Source of the DNA: Lentisphaerota bacterium
GTDB taxonomy: Bacteria > Verrucomicrobiota > Kiritimatiellia > CAIQIC01 > Lenti-01
DNA length: 64,000 nucleotides
NCBI GenBank assembly: GCA_012514035.1
Contig: JAAZBB010000043.1
Span: 19,463-83,462 of the forward strand
Direction: 5' to 3'
The notes below the pieces were generated by a model that did not search any database, had not been told where the DNA came from, and worked only from the letters and a program-made list of their open reading frames with translations. Below, piece after piece: positions 1 to 8,870 of this stretch. The translations under genes and the position numbers were made by a program. Positions within the stretch are counted from its first letter, which is position 1; every line of letters begins with the position of its first letter.

Positions 1-914
1 TATGAATTAACCCAATATCGACCTGTCGCGTATTTCCAAATAAGGACCTGGGGGATCAATAACAGAAGCAAGGAAATCCCAGCCCAGGCAATCGAAGCAC
101 GATGGTTCCAGAAAAAAAACAACCGATCGCGAACATCGGATAATCTTGTGAGTCCGTACAGGGGCACAATCAGGAAAAACAGGATATTCGGCGGACGAAT
201 GAGATAGAGCAGACCCAAGAGAATGCCGAGCGCAAGCGATTTCAGGCGGGAACCTGGATCCTGGTACCAGTGAGGTACAATCCATAGCACGGCGCTAATC
301 GTGAATAGGGTGCTAGGATGTGCCGAAACACAGTCTCCAGTTCCATAATTCAATAAGTTGGTGCCAAAAACGATTCCTATAATTGAGAATAGTGCCGCGG
401 ATCGTCCATAGTTGCGCTCCAGAATTGGCTTGAGAATGGCTATTGCCAACAGAAAATAAAATACATTCGAAAGACCCGCTGCATGCTGATAGAACAATGA
501 ATATCCATTCAGTGGATGGTTAAATGCATACCATTCCGGCGCACCAGGCAACGATTGCATGAACCAGGTCACCCCGTGTGCGATCAGGAAGAAGGGTAGC
601 AAGAAAAGGGATACGCCCATATTGTACTGGCTCAGGTACCGTCCCGTATCAGCCTGACGACGAATAAATGTCGAGTGAGGATACTCTCCGCCATATTGCA
701 CAATGGCATTTTGCTCCAGGGAAGGATCCCCGTAGATCAAATAGCTTGGCAAGTAGGCATAATATCCGGTGCCATCTGAACGGATCGGCACGCCAAAATA
801 CCCCTGAAGATAGGTGAACATGTAGATCAACAACGCCAAAACTGTCAGCCCCGCAAGAAAATGGCGGGAAATGCAGGCTGTGCCACGTTCTAACCATGCG
901 CGAGATGACTTCAT
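1..914 (-). CDS. polytopic membrane protein, GT-C (ArnT/PMT-like) glycosyltransferase candidate; 3' end runs off the window
   Basis: Absent from the ORF track because there is no stop inside the window. Hand translation of the minus strand from ATG 912-914 gives MKSSRAWLERGTACISRHFLAGLTVLALLIYMFTYLQGYFGVPIRSDGTGYYAYLPSYLIYGDPSLEQ...MGVSLFLLPFFLIAHG...ILFFLIVPLYGL... and stays open to position 3. An in-frame stop lies upstream at 963-965. Several hydrophobic helices. G+C is visibly lower than in the rest of the window. Confidence 0.6.
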   Translation of the reverse strand, partial: MKSSRAWLERGTACISRHFLAGLTVLALLIYMFTYLQGYFGVPIRSDGTGYYAYLPSYLIYGDPSLEQNAIVQYGGEYPHSTFIRRQADTGRYLSQYNMGVSLFLLPFFLIAHGVTWFMQSLPGAPEWYAFNHPLNGYSLFYQHAAGLSNVFYFLLAIAILKPILERNYGRSAALFSIIGIVFGTNLLNYGTGDCVSAHPSTLFTISAVLWIVPHWYQDPGSRLKSLALGILLGLLYLIRPPNILFFLIVPLYGLTRLSDVRDRLFFFWNHRASIAWAGISLLLLLIPQVLIWKYATGRYWVNS

Positions 915-1059
915 TGCAGCCCTTTGGAATGGAATTGAGTGCAGGACATCAACGACGCATGATTACCTGAAGTTGCCGTGCAGTTCAAGAGTTCTCGCGG
1001 TATTGCCGGCATTTCTTCGGGCTTTTCCCGGACATGAAAAGATCATAAGATGCGGTATT

Positions 1060-3561
1060 GTGAATTCCGGTCCGGAAACTTCGCAGGCCCGGCGCCATCC
1101 TCATGGGCGCCGATTCGCCGCATTTCTGCTGCTGGCTATCCGTCATTCGTCGGGCTGGATTCTGCGCATTTTCTTCACGCTGCTGATCCTGATGATTCTT
1201 CTGTTCGCCTATCTGCATCTGGTTGGCCTGCCAGTCTGCTTCACGGATCTGTTTCTCGACCGGATGGCGGCCATGGGCTATCACCTGCAGATCGAACGGC
1301 TCACTCTGGAAATCGACCGCGGCCTCGTCGCCCGGAATATTCGACTGTATGCCGATGCCGATTCACCCACGCCCTTCCTGGAGGCCGAGACGATGGCCGT
1401 AATGGCCAATCCATGGACCTGGTTGCGGCGCCGGCCCGTTTACCCCATTCTGGCCATCGAGAACGGGTCCCTGCGGATTCATCTGGGCCGGGATCGAATT
1501 GACGAGGGATTGGGGCCGCAGATCATCGCCGTGGATCGGCTTCAACTACGCTTCTCCACCGGGCCGGATGAAGTTCGCTTGCACGAGTTTGCGGCGGATT
1601 TGCTGAACATCCATTTCCAAGGCCGTGGACAGGCGTATCCCGCGCCCCGGAAAGCCGCCACCGGGGCCAATCCAATCACGACCGCGCTTCAAGCCCTCGA
1701 AAACGCCCCGGTATGGCTGTTGCGGATCGTGGAGCAACTCCAGCAGATTGCCTTCAATGCCCAGCCTTCCGCCCGGTTTACCTTCGCCCTCTATGGTACC
1801 CATCCTGAAGCCAATACCTTCTCTCTCCATCTGGACAACCCGGTCGGCGGACGTTTCCAACGCCTGGGCTTCGACCAATTTCAGGCGCAGTTGGCCTGGA
1901 AAGCGCAAAAGATCCATCTGGCCACGGCACAGCTCCGCCAGGGCAGCAACCGGCTTGGACTTTCCGGCTGGCTGGATCTCACCAATCAGATGGTACACGC
2001 CCGGCTGTTCAACACCTTGCCCCCCGATGTCTTTGTGGCCCTGCTCCCACCTGACATCCAGCAGAAGGCCGCCGCCTTTACCGACGATTATGACTTTCCC
2101 CTGCGCCTCGAACTTCAGGTCGGTCCGTGCTCCCTGGCGGAGGCTGCGGCACACCTCACAGGCACCATTTCCCTGTCGGAGGCCGCTATCCGGGATGTGC
2201 CGATCAGCAGCCTGCGGGCCGCCTTTGAGTGCAACGGCCCGGTGGTACGGGTGAACGAGGCCGCCGTTCAGCTGGGGACCGGCCCGCACGCCAGCCGGGT
2301 GACCATCCAAAATGGCGCCTATCGCCAAGACAGCCGTCAATACCAGGCGCACGTTTCCGGCACGCTGGATCCCCACCTGCTCAAGCCGCTCATGTCGCCT
2401 GGGATGCGCACCATTGTGGAATGGTTCGGCATTCAGGAGCCCGTGGCCGCAGACGTCGTTCTGGGTGGCGAAGTCGGCAATCCGGCCATTTACTGCTTTG
2501 GACCGGTGCAGGCGACCAATTTCACCGTTAATGGCGTTGCCTGCCAATCCATGCAGGGCCAATTGAACATCACCAACGAAGTCATGCACATCACGGGCGC
2601 CCGGCTTCAGCGGATGGAGGGGAATGCGCGGGGGGACGTCCACATGGTGTTTTCCAACCAAACCCTCCGGCTGGAAGCCGAAAGCACCCTGGCCCCCCGC
2701 GCAATCGCCGAGATGCTGGGGCCCGGCGTGGCCCAGTTCATGGCGCCGTTCCGGTTCAATGGCCCGGCGCGCGTGCAGATCACCGGCTGGCTGGACTTCT
2801 GCAACTTCGCCCTAAACCGCCTGGAAGCCCGGGTGGACGCCCGGGGGCTGGGCTACGATCGCTGGGAAGCCGATCATGCCGTCTTCGATCTGTCCGTACG
2901 GGGGCGCCGACTCTTGTTCTCCAATGCCTTTGCCTCCGCCTACGGCGGACAATTTACCAACATCAATGCCCACCTCTACCCGGTGCAGAGTGACACCAAC
3001 TGGCGATATGAAGTGGAAGCCTCCGCCACCAATGTCAGCCTGACCAATCTGCTGTTTGCCTCGACGGGCGAACCGACCGGGGAATTGCGGGGACGCTTGG
3101 ATGGCACCGCCCGGATCGGAGGCTACATCGGCACGGGCACCGCCGCGGGAGTCTCGGGCACGGGGCAGGCCGCCATCCGCGAGGGGCTGCTGTTTCAAAC
3201 CCGGCTGTTCAGCGGACTGTCGGCGATCCTGTCCAAGGTCATTCCCGACTTCACGCTATTCGCCCAAACCGACGCCAGCGCTGGCTTCCGCATCCGGAAC
3301 GGCCGGGTCATCTCCCGCGACATTGAATTGCAGGGCACGTTGTTCAGCGTCAAGGCCAAGGGCGAATATTTCTTCACCGGCGTGCTCGACTACGATGTTG
3401 AAATTCAACTGCTTCGCGGCGGCCCGGTCGCCGCCCTTGTGCGGCTGGCTACATCGCCCGTTACACGGCTTTTGAAGGCCAACCTGACGGGCACCTTTCA
3501 GGATCCCCACTGGGGGCTGGTCAATCCCCTCGAAAAAATCACCGGAAAATCGGGATCTTGA
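1060..3561 (+). CDS. AsmA-family / TamB-like envelope protein with N-terminal membrane anchor
   Basis: ORF 871..3561. Its 5' part overlaps the divergent gene ending at 914. GTG 1060 is the in-frame start I found just upstream of the TM helix (FAAFLLLAI..ILRIFFTLLILMILLFAYLHLVGL); I did not scan every alternative start. Long beta-rich body. The C-terminus (FRIRNGRVISRDIELQGTLFSVKAKGEYFFTG..DYDVEIQLL) resembles the AsmA-like C-terminal region. Start is uncertain. Confidence 0.55.
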   Translation: MNSGPETSQARRHPHGRRFAAFLLLAIRHSSGWILRIFFTLLILMILLFAYLHLVGLPVCFTDLFLDRMAAMGYHLQIERLTLEIDRGLVARNIRLYADADSPTPFLEAETMAVMANPWTWLRRRPVYPILAIENGSLRIHLGRDRIDEGLGPQIIAVDRLQLRFSTGPDEVRLHEFAADLLNIHFQGRGQAYPAPRKAATGANPITTALQALENAPVWLLRIVEQLQQIAFNAQPSARFTFALYGTHPEANTFSLHLDNPVGGRFQRLGFDQFQAQLAWKAQKIHLATAQLRQGSNRLGLSGWLDLTNQMVHARLFNTLPPDVFVALLPPDIQQKAAAFTDDYDFPLRLELQVGPCSLAEAAAHLTGTISLSEAAIRDVPISSLRAAFECNGPVVRVNEAAVQLGTGPHASRVTIQNGAYRQDSRQYQAHVSGTLDPHLLKPLMSPGMRTIVEWFGIQEPVAADVVLGGEVGNPAIYCFGPVQATNFTVNGVACQSMQGQLNITNEVMHITGARLQRMEGNARGDVHMVFSNQTLRLEAESTLAPRAIAEMLGPGVAQFMAPFRFNGPARVQITGWLDFCNFALNRLEARVDARGLGYDRWEADHAVFDLSVRGRRLLFSNAFASAYGGQFTNINAHLYPVQSDTNWRYEVEASATNVSLTNLLFASTGEPTGELRGRLDGTARIGGYIGTGTAAGVSGTGQAAIREGLLFQTRLFSGLSAILSKVIPDFTLFAQTDASAGFRIRNGRVISRDIELQGTLFSVKAKGEYFFTGVLDYDVEIQLLRGGPVAALVRLATSPVTRLLKANLTGTFQDPHWGLVNPLEKITGKSGS

Positions 3562-3641
3562 CTCCGGGCGCGGAAAGGCCTGATTCGGAGTATGGCGGGG
3601 AGCGAGGCATTGCAGCCACCACACCGCTTTTCTTTCGTACG

Positions 3642-4382
3642 TCACCCCGCCGCGAGAACCTGGAAGGCGATTTCCCGAGCGCGTCCGGGCAAATCGGCAT
3701 GATGCTCGAGCAGACCGCCCATGAGGGCCCGCACCTCCCGGAAGACCGATGCCGGCAAGGCCGCGGGCGGATGGCCCGCACGCATCCGGCGGAGGGCGGC
3801 GGCGGCGGCGGCGGAGACCGCCACGCCGCGGCCGGCGGAGCAGGCTTCGCACAACGCGGCTCCGTGCGCCACATCGAGCCGCAAGCCATTATCCCCGTGC
3901 AACGGAGCGCGGCACTTGGCGCAGGCATCCCAATTCGGCGCCAGCCCCAGTTCCTGCAGCATCAGGAGTTCAAAACGGGGCAAAAAAGCGGGTCCAGGCG
4001 TGCGCGTGGCCAGGCGGTCCAAGGTGTCGGCCAGCAAGCCGTAGAGTCCGTGCGGAGCAGGCCCAAAAGGCATGGCCAGATCAAACACGCCGGCCACATA
4101 GGAGGCCGCCGCACACGCTCGCCAATCCTCCCGCAGGGCGGACCGGGACTGGAGCGGACAGCATTCCCTCAAAATATGCAGATTGCGCTGCTCCCGAGCG
4201 TAAAAGAGGATTTCACACGTATAGAACAGGTCATATTGTCCCAGGAATCCGCTCCGTTCGCGCTGGCTGCCTTTGACCAATACGGCCAGCTTGCCATGCG
4301 CAGCGGACAACCCCACCATGATCCGCGAGGTGTTGCCATAGGGATACACGCGCAAGATGATCGCCTCGTCCTTCAGGATCAT
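3642..4382 (-). CDS. recO: DNA repair protein RecO
   Basis: MILKDEAIILRVYPYGNTSRIMVGLSAAHGKLAVLVKGSQR.. has an OB-fold N-terminus and a C-terminal CxxC..CxxC zinc motif (CAKC..CEAC). ATG at 4380-4382 overlaps the ybeY stop (ATGA). The ORF-track start at 4670 is an upstream extension. Confidence 0.85.
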   Translation of the reverse strand: MILKDEAIILRVYPYGNTSRIMVGLSAAHGKLAVLVKGSQRERSGFLGQYDLFYTCEILFYAREQRNLHILRECCPLQSRSALREDWRACAAASYVAGVFDLAMPFGPAPHGLYGLLADTLDRLATRTPGPAFLPRFELLMLQELGLAPNWDACAKCRAPLHGDNGLRLDVAHGAALCEACSAGRGVAVSAAAAAALRRMRAGHPPAALPASVFREVRALMGGLLEHHADLPGRAREIAFQVLAAG

Positions 4383-4864
4383 GGCCCGACTATACCCTTC
4401 CAGGCGGCCGGATCCGCATCCAGCCAGGCACTTTCCAGTCGCCGCATGGCGCGCCGGCCGACGGGCGTGACATCGCGGCGCCCCGCCAGGTGATCCAATC
4501 CGTGGGCGAGATAGAGGGCAAGCTCCCGCGCGCATCCGCCGGGTCTCGGGCGCCCTTCCAGCCGGGCACGCTCGGCATTCAAGATGATTTCCGCCGTGGG
4601 CAGCCTGCATCCGGGCATCGCGACATAGGCTTGCGCCACCACGTCGGTCTGCGCCGGCACGCCGAAACACCTGGCCTTGTAGGAAGGCATTCCGGCGTCA
4701 TCTGTCAGCAGGACCGTCAGTTCGTCGAAGGGCGGAGCCGCGTCAGCCGGAAATGCCCGCCGGACCAGCGTCCGGACCAGACGCCGGAACGCCCTTGGAT
4801 GCAGCGCCAGCACCCGTTGCCGGTTGAGCAGGTTGATCTTCACGGGGATAGGGATTCCTTCCAT
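4379..4864 (-). CDS. ybeY: rRNA maturation endoribonuclease YbeY-like
   Basis: Position between the HD-membrane protein and recO, downstream of phoH. Sequence LTVLLTDDAGMPSYKARCFGVPAQTDVVAQ...LALYLAHGLDHLAGRRD. The start is ambiguous (ATG 4864 or GTG 4843) and overlaps the upstream gene. Confidence 0.7.
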   Translation of the reverse strand: MEGIPIPVKINLLNRQRVLALHPRAFRRLVRTLVRRAFPADAAPPFDELTVLLTDDAGMPSYKARCFGVPAQTDVVAQAYVAMPGCRLPTAEIILNAERARLEGRPRPGGCARELALYLAHGLDHLAGRRDVTPVGRRAMRRLESAWLDADPAAWKGIVGP

Positions 4865-7154
4865 GCAGGATGTTCGCAAGCGCAAACACGAACGAATTCT
4901 GGATTTCATGCAGGTCTTCGAGCGTCAGCGGACACAGGTCCAACTGGCCGTCGAGAAGCTTCTCGCGCATCAGGGATTCGACCTGTTCGGCAATGCGGTT
5001 GGGCGTGGGTTTGTCCAGCGAACGCGAGGCAGCTTCGACCGTATCGGCTAGCATCAGGATCGCCTGCTCGCGCGTCCAGGGTTTGGGCCCGTCATAGCGG
5101 AAACTATGCTCCAGGCCGGAATCTTCGGCCATGCCGGCTTCCTTCAACGCCTGCCGGGCAACTTGGTAGAAATAGGATGTGAGCGTCGTGCCATGGTGGG
5201 TGCGGATTCCGTTGCAGACGGTCCGGGGCAGCTTGTAGCGCTTGGCCAGGGTGATGCCTTCCTTCACATGGGACTGAATCACCAGGGCGCTCATGCTGGG
5301 CGCCAGACCGTCATGGGGATTTTCGCCGCCATGCTGGTTCTCGCTGAAGAACTCCGGTTTGGCCAGCTTGCCGATGTCGTGAAAATAGGCGCAGACCGAG
5401 ACGAGCAGCCCATTGGCACCGATCCGGTTGGCGGCGGCCTGGCCGATGGCCCCGACCATCAGGCTGTGGTGGTAGGTTCCGGGCGCCTCCAGCGCCAGGC
5501 GCTGCAGCAGCGGATGGCTCATGTCGGTCAGTTCCAACAGCGAAATATTCGTAACGTGCTGGAAAAGCCACTCCACCAGCGGCAGCAGCAGCAGGGCCAG
5601 CAGCGCGGCCAACACCCCGCTGAGCACGGCGGTCCCGGCCTGGGTCAGAAATATTCCGGGCTGATGCTGGTTCATGGCGGCCATGGACAACGCCAAGGCC
5701 CCCTTGAGCAGGCCTACCGCCAATCCGGCGCGCATCACCTGCGACCGTTTGCGCACGCGCCGCATCATCACCACCACCAGCACCGCACCCCCCAGTCCCA
5801 GCAGCAGCAACTCAAAACTGCGCCCGAAGATCAGGGCCGACGCCAATCCGCTCCACAACCCTATCACCAGTGCCGGCGCCGCACCCAGCACCAGCACGGC
5901 CAGCATGGTCGTCAACGAAATCGGGATGGCAAAGGGAGCGAGCCATGAAGGGATCCAGTTCAGTCCGGCCGACAGATAGCGATACAGACTGGCCAGAGCG
6001 ACGGCGAAGATGGCCAGGGTCACCACCAGCCATTTGCGGCGCGACTTGGTGTAGGCCCCCGGCTGAAGGCTGTGAAGCCAGCCTGAACACATCGCCAGCA
6101 CGAACAACAGCAAGACGGCATCGCCCAACCGCTTCATCAATCGACTCCGGGGTGATTCCAGTTCCGCCAGGCGCCGGTTGTAGGCATCCATCATTTCGAC
6201 CGTTTGGACCGTGACCGTTGCCCCCTCCTCCATGATCGTTGTGCCTTTCCGCACGGTCATGTCCACCGGTTCGACAGCGCGCCAGGCCGCGGTGCGCCGC
6301 CCCTCCGTCCTGCGCGTGTCGTAATCCAAGTTGGGTCGGATCGAAGCACGACCCAGTTCCGCCAAGGTGTCTTCGGCCAGCGTGATATCCAACGCTGACA
6401 GCCGACCCTGGGCGTCCTCCACGAAGGTTTCCACAGCCAAATTCACCGAAGCCAAATCGTCAATCTGCACCGTCCGGAAACGGCTGTCGTCGCCTTCCTG
6501 TGACACCAGCAGATCGAAAACCGGCCCCGACAGCAATCCTTGGAACCGGCTTTCACGATCCAAGTCTGATACGATCCCATTGGTCCACACCCCGAACAGA
6601 CTCTCCTTCAGGGCGGCCAGCGCCTCCATCTCCCGCGCGGCCGGGAACAGGCTGGCCAGCGCCGCACCGGACATCGGAACCCCGAGCAGATCCGCCGCGA
6701 TCGCCAGGCCGGATTCCAATGACTTGACGGCGGCGGCATCCGGAACCGAGCCGGGCGGAACCTGGCTGGGGGCTTTGTCCAGTTCGCTGCGCATTGCGAC
6801 CGCCCGGTCCGCCAGCTTTTCCATGATCCGCCAGGCCGCCTGCAAGGGCCCCGTCTGGATGGACAGCACAGGCACAACGGCATCCGCCGCCTGCCGGCGC
6901 AGCAGTTCCGTGGCCGCGATATTCACGCAATCAAAGTCCACGGAGGCCAACACCGTGGCCGGCGCACGTTGGCCATCCGCCAAGCCGGCATGCAGCTGGG
7001 GACCGCCTAGATTGATGAACAGCACGCTCCCCAGCCAAACGCCGATGACCAGCAGCACGTTGCCCACGGTTTTCCACCCCTGGCGGGCGGGCGCAGACGA
7101 AACCGACCGGCCATTCCCACTGTCTTTCACCTTTTTGACGGACCAGAAAGACAT
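4743..7154 (-). CDS. 7TM-HD (HDIG) membrane phosphohydrolase, PgpH/YqfF family
   Basis: N-terminal extracytoplasmic region, a block of TM helices, and a C-terminal HD domain (HHSLMVGAIGQ..CAYFHDIGKLAKPEFFSENQ..THHGTT). Start codon overlaps the phoH stop by 1 nt. Confidence 0.85.
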   Translation of the reverse strand: MSFWSVKKVKDSGNGRSVSSAPARQGWKTVGNVLLVIGVWLGSVLFINLGGPQLHAGLADGQRAPATVLASVDFDCVNIAATELLRRQAADAVVPVLSIQTGPLQAAWRIMEKLADRAVAMRSELDKAPSQVPPGSVPDAAAVKSLESGLAIAADLLGVPMSGAALASLFPAAREMEALAALKESLFGVWTNGIVSDLDRESRFQGLLSGPVFDLLVSQEGDDSRFRTVQIDDLASVNLAVETFVEDAQGRLSALDITLAEDTLAELGRASIRPNLDYDTRRTEGRRTAAWRAVEPVDMTVRKGTTIMEEGATVTVQTVEMMDAYNRRLAELESPRSRLMKRLGDAVLLLFVLAMCSGWLHSLQPGAYTKSRRKWLVVTLAIFAVALASLYRYLSAGLNWIPSWLAPFAIPISLTTMLAVLVLGAAPALVIGLWSGLASALIFGRSFELLLLGLGGAVLVVVMMRRVRKRSQVMRAGLAVGLLKGALALSMAAMNQHQPGIFLTQAGTAVLSGVLAALLALLLLPLVEWLFQHVTNISLLELTDMSHPLLQRLALEAPGTYHHSLMVGAIGQAAANRIGANGLLVSVCAYFHDIGKLAKPEFFSENQHGGENPHDGLAPSMSALVIQSHVKEGITLAKRYKLPRTVCNGIRTHHGTTLTSYFYQVARQALKEAGMAEDSGLEHSFRYDGPKPWTREQAILMLADTVEAASRSLDKPTPNRIAEQVESLMREKLLDGQLDLCPLTLEDLHEIQNSFVFALANILHGRNPYPREDQPAQPATGAGAASKGVPASGPDAGPAGISG

Positions 7155-8128
7155 CAGCCTGGTCCTCCATTCCCCGCCACCCGTTCCCGCCCCTTGTAGG
7201 CATCGATGATCCGCTGAACCAGCGGATGGCGGACAACATCCGCCGCGGTCAACCGGACCACCCCGACACCGGTCACCTTGCGCAGCAGAAACTCGGCTTC
7301 CAGCAAGCCTGGCATCTTGTGCGGGGGCAGGTCCACTTGGGTCAGATCGCCGTTCACGACCGCTTTGGAACCGAATCCCAGGCGGGTGAGGAACATCAGC
7401 ATTTGTTCGCGGGTGGTGTTTTGCGCCTCGTCCAGGATCACGAAGGCCCGGTTGAGCGTGCGCCCGCGCATGTACGCCAGGGGCGCCACCTCGATCACGC
7501 CCCGCTCCACATGGCCGGCGACCTCCTCGGCGGGCATCATTTCATTCAGGGCGTCGTAAAGCGGGCGCAGGTACGGCAGGATTTTCTGCTGCAAATCCCC
7601 TGGCAGGAAGCCCAGCGCCTCGCCCGCTTCCACGGCGGGGCGGGTCAATATGATGCGGGACACTTCGTTCTTCAGCAGCGCCGAGACAGCCATGGCCATC
7701 GCCAGCCAGGTCTTGCCCGTACCGGCCGGCCCCAGCCCGAAGGTCAGTTCGCTCCGCCGAATGGTTTCTAAAAACTCCGCCTGGCCGAATGTGCGCGGAA
7801 ATACCGGCGGCCGCCCGGAGGCGACATCGATCCGCAGTCCCGCCAGCCGATCCAAATCCGCCCCCCGCCCTGTGGCGAAGGCCGTGCGGGCATATTCCAC
7901 GGTATGGCGATTCAGAAGCATGCCCGCGTTCCGGGCTCGCAAGAGCCCTTCCACAAATGTTGCCGCCGACTCGACTTTGGCCCCATCCCCCTCGATTTTC
8001 AGCCACAGATCCCGCGAGATGGCTTTCACCCCGAAGGCTTCATCCATCGCCGCCAAATACTCCCCCCGCGCACCGGTCACGTCTTGAGCCTCACGGGCGT
8101 TGTCAAAATGGATGGTATGTTCCGCCAT
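7154..8128 (-). CDS. phoH: PhoH-like ATPase
   Basis: Walker A GPAGTGKTWLAMAMAV, ILTRPAVEAGEALGFLPGDL, VILDEAQNTT. Confidence 0.9.
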   Translation of the reverse strand: MAEHTIHFDNAREAQDVTGARGEYLAAMDEAFGVKAISRDLWLKIEGDGAKVESAATFVEGLLRARNAGMLLNRHTVEYARTAFATGRGADLDRLAGLRIDVASGRPPVFPRTFGQAEFLETIRRSELTFGLGPAGTGKTWLAMAMAVSALLKNEVSRIILTRPAVEAGEALGFLPGDLQQKILPYLRPLYDALNEMMPAEEVAGHVERGVIEVAPLAYMRGRTLNRAFVILDEAQNTTREQMLMFLTRLGFGSKAVVNGDLTQVDLPPHKMPGLLEAEFLLRKVTGVGVVRLTAADVVRHPLVQRIIDAYKGRERVAGNGGPG

Positions 8129-8131
8129 CAG

Positions 8132-8662
8132 CTACGGGGGTGTCCGGGGGTGGTGTTCGGTTCGGGCCAATTCCGCTCTCAGCGCCCTGTGCATCTCCCA
8201 CAACGCCTGCGGCATCACGCGGATACGGCCGGTCACTGGCATGAAATTTGAATCGCCCTCCCAGCGGGGCACCACATGCAGGTGGAGGTGGTCTTCCAAT
8301 CCCGCCCCCGCCGGAACACCTTGATTGATTCCCAAGTTATAGCCTCCTGGTTTCGCCACTGTGTCCAGCAACCGCTGCCCCAGACAGGCCAAATCCAGCA
8401 TTTCCTGCCGTTCTTCCGCAGATAGGGCTGTCAATGCGCCCTCGTGGCGCAAGGGTGCGGCCAACAGGTGACCGGTCGTATACGGAAACCGGTTCATCAG
8501 CAGGAGCCCGTGTGCTCCCCGGTAAACCACCAGGTTTTCGTCATCCTTTTCGGACCCCTCCCGAATGATCCGGCAGAGAAAACACCCCGGTTCCTTAGGT
8601 GCTCGAATGAACTCCATGCGCCAAGGGGCCCAAAGTTGCTGGGCTGTCTGGAAATCCGTCAT
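8132..8662 (-). CDS. HIT-family nucleotide hydrolase/transferase
   Basis: Histidine-triad motif DHLHLHVVPR and an N-terminal CFLC motif. Confidence 0.85.
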   Translation of the reverse strand: MTDFQTAQQLWAPWRMEFIRAPKEPGCFLCRIIREGSEKDDENLVVYRGAHGLLLMNRFPYTTGHLLAAPLRHEGALTALSAEERQEMLDLACLGQRLLDTVAKPGGYNLGINQGVPAGAGLEDHLHLHVVPRWEGDSNFMPVTGRIRVMPQALWEMHRALRAELARTEHHPRTPP

Positions 8663-8870
8663 TACCGTGAAATCCTATCCCCCTCCCTCGTAAAAGACAG
8701 CCAAAAAACGCTTATTGGAGAAGTCAGTGTCAATGGCCATGAAAAAATCCCCCAAAATGAAGATTGGGGGTCTGCAACCCATCCGCCCTCCCCGGGCGGG
8801 AACCAGTGCATGCAACAACTCGCCCATTTACTGGAAAGGCTGTATCATTCCCCCCGTTTTGAAACCAGCC

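Noticed and set aside
871-1059. ATG 871 as the start of the AsmA-like gene, as listed in the ORF track.
   Set aside because: It would overlap the divergent membrane-protein gene (start at 914) and add about 60 residues of non-hydrophobic, Arg/Cys-rich sequence before the TM anchor. The GTG at 1060 is more plausible but unproven.
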